A DNA stretch of 64,000 nt from the NCBI GenBank assembly GCA_036172245.1, contig JAYWIR010000002.1, forward strand, positions 6,448,001-6,512,000, given 5' to 3'. The position numbers and the translations under genes are program-made. Shown here piece by piece: positions 1 through 12,346 of the stretch. Below the pieces are notes generated by a model, which searched no databases, was not told the DNA's origin, and worked only from the letters and a program-made list of their open reading frames with translations. This stretch comes from Raillietiella orientalis (Eukaryota). The first letter of the stretch is position 1; the number at the start of each line of letters is the position of its first letter.

Positions 1-888
1 GGTCTTTGAAACAAAAGCGTGTGGAAACCCACCAAATCATTACATAAAGGGATATAAATCCTTTCGAGACATCAACAGCAGGGAACGAGCCTTTATCTTT
101 TTCTGGGTGCCTGGTCTGCAAGGTACGAACGCAACCATGAAGATCGTAAATCACGGGGAAATAAAAACCATTTCAGATGCATACTTTGGTCGAAGTTCAT
201 TCCAAAAAACAAAAGTGTATAGTGGAAGAGCCTGGAGCAGAAGATACAGAAGGTTGCTTATGATACTCGGGAATTGATTTGGCTGCTGGCACGGCGACCC
301 GCACACTGAGGCGTTGTGCTGCGAGATCGGGAACAAAGTGCGCCGACGAGTTTTTTTTCTGGAAGGGACTCGTAGGGAGTTGTCGAACAAAGTGTGTGAC
401 CTGAAAAACCAGCTCCATTCTTGGGGGTCGCCGGAGGGTTGCAGAGACGTGCCGGGCGAGAATCTTTGCGCGCGCAAGCACTTAGGGGGATCAAAGAAGG
501 CAAGTCAGCGAGCTCAGCAAGTCGGATCTACTGGGGGGCCTACGGTGCCAGGGTGCTGCTTTGCATAAACAGCGTGGCAAAGGAGCGTCGCATTCCCTCA
601 GACAAAAGGTGGTGACCTTGCAGAGTTCTTTAGGAACACGTAGGGAAATACGTGTGCATCCTGGGTGCGCTCGTAGAGTGGACACATCCGATACGGATGC
701 ATGGTCCATTCACTTTTTAATTTGCTGGAGATTACTCACTCTTCAGAGGTGTGATGGTGGTCGGCTCGTTTCACTGTCCAGGTCTCGCTTTTCACTGGTC
801 AACTTCTCCGATGGCCTCGTCTGCTGATTCGGCGTGCTCGTTGGCGCAGGCACTCGGTCTGCTGAGTGACGTCACGTACGACAGAAAA

Positions 889-1030
889 TCCAAGCTTGTG
901 GACTCGAGGACCAGAAAACGCGACACTTTGCGGCACTGCTTTCCCCTGGTGCTTCCGAGATGACGATCCACGAGGATACTGCGAAGTGCGGTGTTCCGTT
1001 CCCGCATTTGTAAAGATTCACGAGTAATGC
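889..1030 (-). repeat. Copy 1 of a 142-bp diverged direct repeat, possibly the extreme 3' end of a non-LTR retrotransposon ORF2
   Basis: Aligns without gaps to 1264-1405 (about 80% identical by hand count, mostly transitions). Minus-strand translation LRSILVDRHLGSTRGKQCRKVSRFLVLESTSLD loosely resembles arthropod LINE C-termini (..LxFLxxTGL); the LINE assignment is inference. Confidence 0.8.
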
Positions 1031-1263
1031 TTTATTGCTTAAAGTTACAATTTTGCATGGCTTTACAGGTAGAAGAGCTCTTGACATCCTTCTAGGATTC
1101 CTTATCTGTCCATCTGAGGCGCTTGTCGCCCCTCAGCCCTTTGCTTCCTCAGTTTCTTGTCCTCCGTTTTGCGAGAGCTGACCGTTGGGGCTATCTGGAT
1201 ATTGTTGGTCCCTCGTGTGACATGCATAGATGTCCCTCAGCCTGTTGCTTCCTCAGCTTCTTG

Positions 1264-1405
1264 TCCATGCCTGTGGACTCGAGCCCCAAGAAACGCAACA
1301 CTTCGCGGCGCTGCGTTCCCTTGGTGTTTCGGAGGGGATGATCGACGAGAATGCTGTGAAGTGTGGTGTTCCATTCCTGCATCTGTAAAGATCCATGAGT
1401 GATGC
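1264..1405 (-). repeat. Copy 2 of the 142-bp direct repeat (375-bp offset)
   Basis: TCCATGCCTGTGGACTCGAG...GTAAAGATCCATGAGTGATGC matches 889-1030. Minus translation LHSILVDHPLRNTKGTQRREVLRFLGLESTGMDKKL. Confidence 0.8.
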
Positions 1406-4400
1406 GGAAAGCAAATCGCCACTTCCGGTCTTCAAATGCTGAAAGTTTCTCCAGGAGTGCTTGCACTGATGATCTCCAGCCGGTGAGAATGAGGACACTT
1501 GAACCGCGAATCTCGAGAGGTCCATCCTTTGAGCCCACTTGATTGCTGGGAGGCTGGGAATTTGTTCGGGAAATGACTTTTTCTACGCTGTAACCCATTT
1601 TTTCGGAAATGCGATTCATTTTCCGGATTTCGACTTTTAATCTCAACCCACAAATGGTCTGAAGCCTTCTTCCAAGTGTCTGACTCTAATCTGTACACAT
1701 TACCGCTTGCTCTGTGCTTGATGGCCTCCAGAGGTATGATGGCCGCATTCCGTTAACGAGTTGCGCTCACCTGAGTTTGAACGGATGAATCGCGGATGGG
1801 TATAATGGATTCGCGCTGCGCCAACGCTGACAACCTTGCCATTAGTTTGTCTGGGTCGCGGATGCCACGTGACGCAATCAGATAAGCCGCGAAGATCTTT
1901 TCCGGAGAAATTTCCTATGCAACTGCTTTCGGCTTGTCTTCGAGGTCTCGCGGCCGGAGTTTATTATTATTATTTTCCCTCGAGAATCCGGCGCAGATGT
2001 TGGTCCCGTGCTTTAGTGACTGTAGGCAGGAACGCTTGACATCTGATTACGTCATCGCATACTTCAGGAGATTATGTGCACATTTTTTCCCCGCTTTTAC
2101 TTTTTTTTCTCCTCCTTTTTTTCCTTATCTCTATCGTCTGTTCCTCAACTTTCCAAATAACATGTTAATTCCATTCTCGAAAGAAGTTTACACGGATCAG
2201 ACTTTGGAACTTCCGTACCCAGAAACCTCTTTCACAATGAAACACGAAAGTTTTTCCCGGAACTTTCATGGGAGGTGCCGGCAGGATCCGAGGAAGCGGA
2301 CGGGAATCGCTTCCCGTCCGAGGACGATTGCGCCGCGGAGGGAAATTTTGGAGAACTGGGGTGCTGGAAGTGGGGCGCGGCATGAGAGAAGCCGCCACGC
2401 GCCTCCGTTGAGCTCTGCTCCCGGCGGCCGCGAGCTCGAGAGCTGCGTGGAGGAAGAGCCACCAAGGTGCTCGCCGTGGATAGCCCTGATCTGATCTGCC
2501 GACGGTGACCTTCGGAGGGAAGACGCAGCAGCGCATCCAAAAAAAACCAACCCTGGAGATCCTCCGCTTGCTGGTGTGATCCCTGGCCCACGCTTCGCCC
2601 TCGAGTCCCGGTGGCTTTGGGTTGGTAGCCGGGACTTCAGCAGAAAATGGCACAGCTTACGTTGAGCACCGGTAACGTGAGTCACGTGATGTCGTCGCAG
2701 ATGTTGCTGCCCTCTGCGTTCAGCATCCCACGGTGCTGCTCTCCGACCGGAACTTCTTCACGGCGTGAAAATTCTTGTCGCCGAGTAGCCACCTCTGACG
2801 CGGAAGTGACGAACCGGCAGCGGCCATCCTTTAGCGGCCGCACGCGCCCTCGGTCCCCTCTCTCCCACCGCTTTCTTTCGTCCCGCCACCCCATCTGGTG
2901 GGCCCATTGAGACCTCGGGCACCTTAAAAAAGGTCTGCATGCGTGTGAGGGGTCGAGCGCGACACCACACTCGGCCGTTGCGGTGTTTGTGCTCAGAGGT
3001 GAGCGTTTACTCGGTTTCGCTTCGCGGTGCATGTGGCGCAGCCTCAGCGCTCCAAGCGGAAACCTCGAAAATCATCCGTAGCTGCAGGGAACTGGCCAGG
3101 TTTGCGATAATAGATTTTGGGTGGGATCGCATAGGGATTCGCGTTCGGAACACGTTCTCCCTTCCCGCTCCTCCTCCTGGTGCCAGATGTCGATAGTTGG
3201 TCTGAGGATGGCGGCGTCCGGCGACGAGCTCATCAGCAGCAATTCCGGAGGGTCAATGGATGAAAGCCGGGACGGCGGTGCTCAGGGAGCAGTGAAAGAA
3301 GGAGCAACGATCCGGTTCCGGTGTTCCAGAAGGAGAGGAGGCAGCAATTCGGAGGCGAATGTCTGAGAATCGGCTTTACATCCTTGGGCCCGCCTGCTCC
3401 ATCGTCCCCAGCTGAGTGCTTCGTTTCTCCCACGCATGACACAAGCCGGACAAGAAGAGAAGAGAGGAAACGCTCCCTTCCCCGACCCAAACCCCCGAGG
3501 GGGCAAGAACGTCGAAGATGGGATCAGCGGAGGGGATCCTGCTGAAGAGAAGCTTGGGGACTGCAGAAGGGCAGGCGTTGCTGACAACGTGTACACCAAC
3601 TCGTTCGCCCGTGTTTGCGGAACCGCACCGCCCATACGTCACGTGTTCCTGAGCGACTGCGGCGCATCGTGCCAGAGCGGTGTCCGGTGGTGATTCTCAG
3701 GGGGCATGGCGTGACAAGAGGAAGGAGCAAAGAACATTAGAAAGGGATTACCTGGTGGTGCGGATGGTAACGAGCGGGTCGCCACATTTCTTCAGGATTC
3801 AAGCCATGGAGCAGCCTCCACCTCACCAACGGCCCTTCTCTTGGCGACCAGGGGGACTCGATTTGCCAGGAAACGAGTGCAGAATGCTTTTAAGGCTGCA
3901 GACCTCGGAAACTTGCATAGGCATTCCGGAAAGAAGCAGCAATCGCTGCAATGCAGTTCTCGAGCACTTTGCGTTCTCTGGAGATTCTCAGACCCTCTTT
4001 CCCTTTGTGCGAAGCCACCAGCACACCCAGAGCATGCAGTCTGCTTGCCTTTGACGTCTTTATTTAGTTCTCTGGACCAAGAGCTCGTTTTCTAAGGAAA
4101 CTGGAGGAGCAACTCATTCCATTCTTTTGCAAAGAAGTCTTTATACTTATATATAAAAAGAATGTTTAATGGAAGTGTTCATGGAAACAATGAACTCTTC
4201 ATAGGAGCAGCTCGGTTCTCTAAGAAGCAACGGTGTCTTTATAAAAGCAAAGTAACTTTCATAGAAGCAGCGGAGCCTTTCTAGAAGAAACAGAATCTTA
4301 AAAGCAATGGAGTCTTCATAAGAACATCAAAGTATTCATGGAGGCTTCGTAATAGCTGGCTGCTGCTAGTCTTCCATGATCAGGTGCTATTAGATTTCCA

Positions 4401-5147
4401 GTGATTGCAAACATTGTTCAAGAGGGAATGTCCTCTGCACTTGCAGTTCAGCTCAAGACTGATCTCTAGTGCGTCTTCTCTAAAGGGACTTGCTCTCGGC
4501 CTGGAAGTTCACTTTCTCACCTGTCTATCTCATTTCTTCACTCTTCTCATCCACGAGAGCAAGCAAAAGAAAAATTCTCGTCCTCTTCTATTCTGAGCCT
4601 TTTTTCCTTTCCTTCCGAAGCTTTTTATGGACCCAGGAAACTGTGATCCTGTCACGAAGGTGCTTGGGGAACCGTTTCCTCAAGAACAGACCATTTTCCT
4701 GCGGGGTGCTCTGAGGATGGGTCGTAGCAGCCCCTCCTTTTTCTTGCTTCTTTCTTCCACGCAAAAACACCAGCGCTCCAGGATCGGCTCCTTTGGAATC
4801 TCCCGGTTGTTCTCCATCACGTCCTGGGCGACGTAATGATCCGGGAACGCTTCGCGGGTCCACGCGGGAGTTCACGGTCGCGTGCCTTGCTGCTGCACCT
4901 GCCACCTTGGCCTATGCGAAACGCGACAGGAGGGATCCTGGAGCCGTGTTCCCAGACTTTCGAGCTTATTTCCCACCCCAACGGGTCTCTGGTGGGATCG
5001 ACACGCAGCTCCTGGAACAGAATCCAAACAAAACGAGGAGCAGGGGTGTGTAGCCAGGGTTGCCAGGCACCCGTTCGCGTTCTCTGCCGGGAATCGCTCC
5101 GGATTCTTGGTGAAGGTGCGTTTTCTCAGCCTCCTGCTTTGTTGCAG

Positions 5148-5309
5148 CTCGTGTGGATTAAGCACGAAAACTTCGAGATTCTCGCATCGGGGTCGCAGAT
5201 CTACTCCACCAACAAGAGGCTGAAACTGATCCGTGGAGCCAGTGGATCGGAGTGGACCTTGCAAATCAAGTACGTCCAGGAGGAGGACAAAGGAACCTAC
5301 GAATGCCAG
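5148..5309 (+). CDS. Internal exon of a Dpr/zig-like two-Ig-domain protein (Ig domain 1, C to F strands)
   Basis: Translation LVWIKHENFEILASGSQIYSTNKRLKLIRGASGSEWTLQIKYVQEEDKGTYECQ carries the Dpr-family pattern WI+x..IL..G...Y....R......WTLQIKY....D.G.YECQ. Bounded by acceptor ctttgttgcag| and donor cag|gtaggg; 162 nt, phase 0/0. Confidence 0.9.
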
Positions 5310-6732
5310 GTAGGGTGGCCTGTTTGGTGTGCGATGAGCGCAAAAAGCAAAGCGCAAAAGCGACAAGAGATGTCGTTAGGGAAACCGCTGCACGAGTCAC
5401 CACAGGAAATTGACGGAGAGCAGTACCCTCCCGGTTTCAGTGCTGCTCCATCGTCCAGTGGATTCTCTTAGCGGCCACTGTGCACGAGGATGGAGAGGTC
5501 TCATCTTCCATTCGAGACCCGCTTCAGCTTCTTGCTCCCTAAACGCGAGAGTCATCAGGCGGGTGGTCAGTCGCTAGGTGGGACCTGCTGATGCGCCGCT
5601 GATTCTTATTTTCCGGAAGAAAGTCACGAAAAGGATGGGTCAGTTCAGTCAGGAAAACCCGTGGTTCTCTTGCGTTCCCTGATTCCCATCTCTGCTTCCG
5701 AAGTGGCTGCTGGTGGCCATCCTTGGTTCGTCATCCATCCTTAATCCGGGCGCGCTCGGAAGAAACCACGCGTTCCAAGGGGTGGAGAGAAAGGCCGAAT
5801 TTCACCAAGAGGGGCGCTCGAAGAAAGAAGTTCCAGCTGCTTGCCCCAGTATTTTCGCGTTTCTCTCCCACAAATTTAAGGATGCGTTCGACAACACGCT
5901 GCGACGGACGGCCACAGGACCCCTGTTTGGGTCCGAAGAAGTCGGGCTGGTGACCCTTCGGTGGCTGCGCAAGGAAAGGAAAGATGGAAGGCCACTCTAC
6001 TTGCTGCTATTGTCCGTGAATAAGGCAGTGAAGGAGAGTTGCGCCATCCACGATTGCAGCCGCTCCCAAACTCGGATGTTAGGAGGAAGTACTTTCTCCA
6101 GGAGACTTCGTCTTCGTCGGTTCGACTCCTTCCTTTTCCCTCTTGGAATGAGGATGATAGGGTCTAGAATGTTCTTCCACATAGAAACGTCGAACGCGAC
6201 CCCGGAAGCATCGTGTATCACCAGTGAACTCGACAATCGTGAACCTGACATCACCCGACCTCAGGGATTTCGTTCGGAGTCCAGCTGAAAGAATCGCGTG
6301 AAGAAGAAATGAATAAAAACAGGATCCCAGGGTGGATCTGGTCGTCCTGGTGGATCTCATCAGAAGCAACCAGGGACGAAGTTGTTTCGCACCTCACGGC
6401 AAAGCAGCTTCAATTTTCTGATCTTCAAGGATGAAAGGAAGCTCTGCATAGAGGAGGGTTTCATGAAGCCTTCCGGAAAGACTGCATTTTCCAGAGTGAG
6501 GGTGTGATTATGTGAGAGGAGATCCCCCATCAGGCCCCAGGCGCTACTTTTGAGGAAATCTGGGCACAGGATGGAATGATTCAGCCGCCGCAAAGACGGA
6601 GTTTTTCCCCGGACACGCGGATATGGGCGTCTTGCAATCAACTGGCGATACAAAGTGAATGTGCCTGCAGCCACCTGTGGGTCAGTGATCCACCAAAAAA
6701 GAACCTCTCGCTCTGAATCTCGCGATCTTCTG

Positions 6733-6841
6733 TGGTTCCTGTACCTCAGGGTGGTGCCCGTTTCCGTGATTCTCAACGAGGCAGCCACCTGCCTGCATGA
6801 GGGGAACAAACTGTCCTCTACCCCGCTCACGAACTCACCTG
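6733..6841 (+). other. Degenerate candidate for the Ig1-Ig2 linker exon of the Dpr-like gene
   Basis: WFLYLRVVPVSVILNEAATCLHEGNKLSSTPLTNSP resembles the Dpr linker (..V.L.VVVP.A.ILG......GS.I.L.C....SP). It lacks the B-strand Cys, and its apparent donor g|gtcagc is phase 1, incompatible with the phase-0 acceptor at 7305. Confidence 0.35.
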
Positions 6842-7304
6842 GTCAGCGACGGAAATATTCGACCAATGGCATTGCAGATCATCAACGTGTAATTTCCAGA
6901 AAATCACCGGGAAAAAGAGATTTCAGGAACAGACACTTTGTTCGCTGCAGGGGAAAATCTTCCATCCATGACATCAACCAGATGACCTTCAAGAGGAAGG
7001 ACTTCTTTCTTCCAGGAAAGTGGACTTTCCAAAGGCATGCGATTTTAAGAGGGAAGGATGCGAGCTCTATCAGAGAATGCAATGACGTATCCTGAATTTT
7101 AAATGCCTGTGTCCTTAGGTCTTGACAGAACGCGGTCCAGTGTCGAAGCTCTTCAATCTGGAAGTTGCCAAGCCCCGAGCGGTCTTGTCCTTCGATAACG
7201 ATCTGCACCTAAATGAAGGCTCCACTCTCTCGCTTACCTGCACTATCGTTGGGGTACGGGAAAAATGAATTCGCGATGTCTAAACTGACACTGCCCTTCT
7301 TCAG

Positions 7305-7518
7305 AGTGTTACGCCCATCGATCAGATGCTGTGGTACCATCAAAATGAACTGCTAAACTACAGAGCTTCTAAGAAGAAAATTGTCTTGGAAACTGCATTC
7401 AACAGAACTCTGTTCAGTAGGCTGACCATCGTCAACGCCAGTGCTAACGATTCCGGGAATTACACTTGCGATGCCGCAAACGTCATCCCCAGCACCGTTC
7501 CAGTCTTCGTGTCCACTG
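7305..7518 (+). CDS. Internal exon of the same Dpr/zig-like protein (Ig domain 2, C to G strands)
   Basis: SVTPIDQMLWYHQNELLNYRASKKKIVLETAFNRTLFSRLTIVNASANDSGNYTCDAANVIPSTVPVFVST shows WYH...LNY, SRL.I..A...DSGNYTC, typical of Dpr Ig2. Branch-like ctgac plus acceptor cccttcttcag|, donor g|gtagga (phase 1). Confidence 0.9.
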
Positions 7519-10236
7519 GTAGGACGAAACACCCACATTCTGCGTAGATGCGAGAGAGATTTCAGAAGACAAGATGGCTGCCATACAGAAGCGGAAGTCC
7601 TCCTGCTCCCTTTCATTAAGGGCATCATTGTTGTTGACGTTAGCAAGGATAACGATTGTTGTTTTTTAAGCTTCCAGATCTGATAATCGCCGCCGATATA
7701 ATGACCACGAACCAGGTCATTTAAAAAGAGGGAGAGGAAGAATAAGTATTTTGAGATGAGCTCATGAATAAAGATTTATTTTTCTGATGATACAATCCTC
7801 TGCCTCCTTCATTCTCGTGGATGCTGTCGGCATTCGGGTGTACCAACCCTGCGTCCAAGGATTCCTCTTGGTGAATGCTGAGGAAAACTCGCTGGCAGAA
7901 ACGACAGAAAGCCACGCTTTTCCACCAACATCCCGTGATGAGTATCCCCGATTCTCTTTCTAGCTGACCCGTGTGGATACCCCTCTCTGATGCTGGATTT
8001 ATCCCTCTGTATTCAAATCTAGTGTCTGCCTCGTGTCCCGATGCTCCGTCAACCAACGGCATTCCAGCACTTTCAAATAGTAGAATTCCCATCACATCTG
8101 CAGAGGAAGGAAGAAACTGCATTTTAGATGCTCGGATGCTGAGCGTGTCGCTGAAAAGTGCGTTCGCTTGTCTCCTCTTTCACCGGAAAGGTGGAGTTGC
8201 CGTGTTGCTGTGCACTACTTCAGAATCGTTTGTGTTGCAAGGTGCACTCTTTTCCGGTGGGCAAGTCATTTCTTCATCAGGATACCCTCTCGAAAGTCCT
8301 TCTCCAAGACAGCTCCTGACCACCAACGGGATTTCGAAGAGACGATTCCAGCTTTGGTCGAGCGTAGAGATTTTCCTCCTATGAGCTTTCGAATTTTTGT
8401 CGCTAAAAGTTGGCGCCTCTCACTCTTGAAGAGAGCGAGCCAGAAAAACAACTGGAAGGGCTGCCTGTTTTGTCTTTGCACTTTCTCGAATGACATCCTG
8501 GCCAACTTAAGACACCGCCATCCTCTTCAAAGCACAGCTTGGGAATTCGTCCTGGAAGGTTCTTCAAAATCGTCTGGGAAGCAGAAAGTTATCGAAGGTT
8601 GTGCTTGCTTTGCTGTGCTCACATCAGTGGGATGCTGGAACATTAATTGGGAATGGAGTGTCTCGTGGAACTTTCTGGATCGAAGTTTGCACCCGATTCA
8701 TGGAAGTTGAAAAAAGAGTCAATGGGTTTAAATACTTCTGTCCTCGGCAGTCTTTACGTCGGAAAGGGACTTTGGAAAATTACTTAGGAATGCTGGTCAT
8801 CATGCACGCAGTTTCTTCTGACTGCAGAATCTACGACTGCATTCAGGATGGCTCCCTCGTGGTCATGAAGAAAAAATATATTTCCAAAAGCACATATTAT
8901 TTCCATATGTTTGCTTCTCATTCTTTTTTATCATCGTAAAGCCACTCGCTTGAAACTGCAATCAGGAAACTTCGACAGCACTTTCATTTCATCCTGCATA
9001 GAATAGGTATTTTGACAAGTGTCACTGAGCAGGAGGCTAAAAACGTCCTCAGCGCCTGAATAAGCTCATCGCTGGACAGAGGGCCCTGAAAGCTTACAGC
9101 TTCCTGAGAAAAGGAGACAATCAGAGAATTACACAGTACAAATTATGACACGCAGACTTTATAGATGCTTCGAAATGGCATGCATTCCAAGAAAGCTGCA
9201 TTTCCTTAAACTTCGGAAGTTTTGCATTTTCCACGACTGATTGCTATTCTTTTGTGATGTCTTCTGCATAATTGCGAAGCTGATTGGACCGCCACCTCGA
9301 AGAGGCTTCAGTCTGTTTGCCTTTGTCTCTACCTCTGTCGTCACTGTCGTTGCGATAACATGAAAGAACTACACTGCTTGATCGCACATTTACTTTTATA
9401 ATCTTTTGCCAGCATGGATTGCCTTTCGTCAGTGAGTGGGGAGCAAATTTCATAGCCTGTCCTTCCAGATGGACACAGGAAGAAGGAATGATCCCACACG
9501 AGTTTGGATCCAGAATCGAAAACCGTGAATGCATCCTGGGGAATACGACAAAGTCTCACCTCGGACGATCGCAGTGTGGGTAGGTTGAGGCAGAAACTAT
9601 CTGAACTAACCTCCGGTTACTATGGAAAATTGCACAGCTGGTGCACAACTGATGGGAAGATGGGAAGCCAATCTCAGAAAAGTTTCCAATCCCAGAGGTG
9701 AGGTGAATGGGAAGACCCTGAAAACTGCAAGAATCAACTCGGTTTCCATTTCAGGAAACACCTATGAAAGAAGAACGGCGGAAAAATGCGAAAGCTGTTC
9801 CGTTTTTTTCAGTAGTTCAGATAGGAGGGGAGGGGAGAAAAGTGAGGAGAGTCCTTCCCGAAGATGACTTGAGTTATCCGCTTTTGAGCAAGAAAGTCTA
9901 GGATTCGGTTCACCCACAGGTTCGTTACTTTGTGGTTACTCATAGGAAACGCTCCACGGACTAAAAGAAAGAACAGTTTCGAGGTTTACGCACCAGAGCT
10001 TGAGAAAACAAAGAATGAGTCTTGCGCATGGTCAGCTCATACCTTTTCATGATCCCACTTCATCTAGTCCAGCCACCGCGTTTGCTCGCAGCCCTGCTCC
10101 TGGCGTACAAGCGAGTCACCCTGTGCTACCGTTGGGAAAAGAGTTGGATCATTACGATCCTTCCTTTCAAATCGTGGATTCCAGCCCGCCTGGGTCGTGG
10201 TGTGTGACCTGACGTGAACCTGGATTCCTCAGATAT

Positions 10237-10381
10237 GCAAGATGGAGCAGTTGGCCTCCTCGAGGATTCCAGACGTTTCCATTCACCGGATCGCTCTTCA
10301 TCCCCTGGATACGGAAAGCTAACCCGCTGCTTTCCTTTGCGCACGTTCTGGTACTCTTAGTGGCTTCCCGCTCACACGGAA
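10237..10381. repeat. Paralogous unit 1: block A (10237-10325) directly joined to block B (10325-10381)
   Basis: A is the reverse complement of 11972-12060 (7 mismatches in 89 nt). B matches 12289-12346 in direct orientation. Confidence 0.9.
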
Positions 10382-11971
10382 CTCCGCTGAGAAGAATGTT
10401 CTCTCAAAGAAGGAGCTGAAGCTCATGTCTGGCGATTTCCTCACACTATTCCTCGTCCTCATTGCCCCACCCAGCAGAACGCTCATCCTCGGTCCCTCCA
10501 ACAACACAGGCAGTGTCCCAACGGGTCAGTTGTCAGGTTAATAAGAAAGCACTCACCGTTGTCAAACTCCCTGACTGCCACTCCATGCCACCTTCTCCTC
10601 AATGGCATCTTTTTCCTTTTACTCCCAGAGACACCGAACACCAGCAAGCATACCAAGAAGAACTGCTCGAGTGTCGAGGCACCTGAGGAGGTGCCGTATA
10701 CGGAAGAGGAAAGTGGTATTCATCCCCATCGGATGCAGAGGATTCATGGCTAAAAGAGGCCCGCAGCCACGAATTTTAGATAAAAGAAGTTCCAGCTGGA
10801 AGGACCAACACATGGGAAAAGAGAACACGTTGGACCGACTGTGGGGGGACTCTGACACGACATCTAGAAGCAGTGTGCGTGCACGAAACCTTCGTAATAG
10901 GCACTCGCAGTTCATTCCCTTCCTAGTTCGGGATCCGCACGCGTGCCCAAGCGAGGGGTGGTCTGCAAGGGCTTGCAAGTTAAGAGGCGACGCAAACGCT
11001 CAGAGGCAAAGATAGAATTTAGAAGACGAGGATCGAATCCAGAGGTGAGACTTTTGATGAACATGCGAATAGGGAAAAATCACTTTCGGCCCGCGGACGC
11101 TCCCTGGAGAAGAAGCTTGGAGTTTCCTTCCCGTCTCCCCGTACTCCGGCCGAGGGAAGATCGTGACGGCCGTTGGAGAGCATCGTGTCTCGGAGACCCT
11201 TTGTGTTGCGAGACACGATGCTGGCTCAACGCACCCGTGCGAGCAGCGCCCACCAGAGGCGGCACCGATGACATGTGCAGGGGATGCGTGACGACCCTCA
11301 TCTCCAGCCACTGCATCAGCAGCCCGAACACGAATGTCGCGAGGCAAGATTGGCCGGACCAAGAGGCGTGCTTGGTGAAACCGGGAGTGGCAGCCTAGGA
11401 TGAAAGATTCTCCGTGACCCAGGGTCAAGGAAGGGTCATCGCCATCTGACCCTGAGAATCGTCTCGGTCGAGGCTTTCCGAACCAGGCAGAGCGGCTCAT
11501 AGGCGGATTTAATGCTCCTTTTCGTCGCTAGGTGGACGCCCGCCACCGTTGCGGGTGCGCTTTTGTAGGATGCATCTGAGAATGATGGGGTGTGGCAAAG
11601 CAGTTCGTGATACTTCCGGAAGGAGATGGTGCGTTCGAGAGCTCACGGGGCGGGAGACAAAGCCGCCCTCGGGAACCGCAGCACCATCGGGAAGGGAGAG
11701 GACAGGAGGAGACTCGAAGAGACCGCACTGCCTGCGTAGACCTCCCTTTCCCGTCATTTATCGTCTCCTTCGTCGGTATACTTTGTCGATGGAGAGAGTG
11801 TGGGAGAGAATTTGGAAAGCAGCCACCAGACTCCCATCCCACCACACCCCACCCCAGGTATTTCCAGGGGATGGGGAAGTTCTGTGCGGATCGTAAATTT
11901 CCCGCCAAATCTCGACAAAGGTTCAAAACGCGGGGAATTATCGAACGTAAGGACAGTCATGACACAGATCT

Positions 11972-12346
11972 GGGTTAGCGTCCCGTGTCCAGGGGATGAA
12001 GAGCGATCCGGTGAATGAAAACGTCTGGAATCCTCGCGGAGGCCAACTGCTTCATCTCGCGGGTTCATCGGAAACCTCAGCGGGTAGCGCGCTCGCTGTT
12101 GGAAGCTCGCTTTCTTCTCCGGCGATCCCGGGCCTCCTGGAGCCCTTGGTGACGAGGACTGCGCGTGACGCCTGCGCTCTTGCCTTTGGCCGCGAGTCCT
12201 GAAGAAGGAATCGGCAGCTGGGAACTGCAGCCTCGGGATCAGCCAATGAGTGATCCTCCCCCCTCCGCCGTGTACCGTGACTGCTAAACGCTTCTTTCCT
12301 TTGCGCACATTCTGGTAGCTCTTAGTGGCTTCCTGCGCACACGGAA
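11972..12346. repeat. Paralogous unit 2: inverted block A (11972-12060), spacer, direct block B (12289-12346)
   Basis: GGGTTAGCGTCCCGTGTCCAGGGGATGAAGAGCGATCCGGTGAATG... is the reverse complement of block A. CGCTTCTTTCCTTTGCGCACATTCTGGTAGCTCTTAGTGGCTTCC matches block B. Confidence 0.9.

Noticed and set aside
4836..5471. 211-aa ORF as a complete single-exon Ig protein
   Set aside because: Only 5148-5309 is Ig-like and it is bounded by splice sites; the rest is intron read-through.
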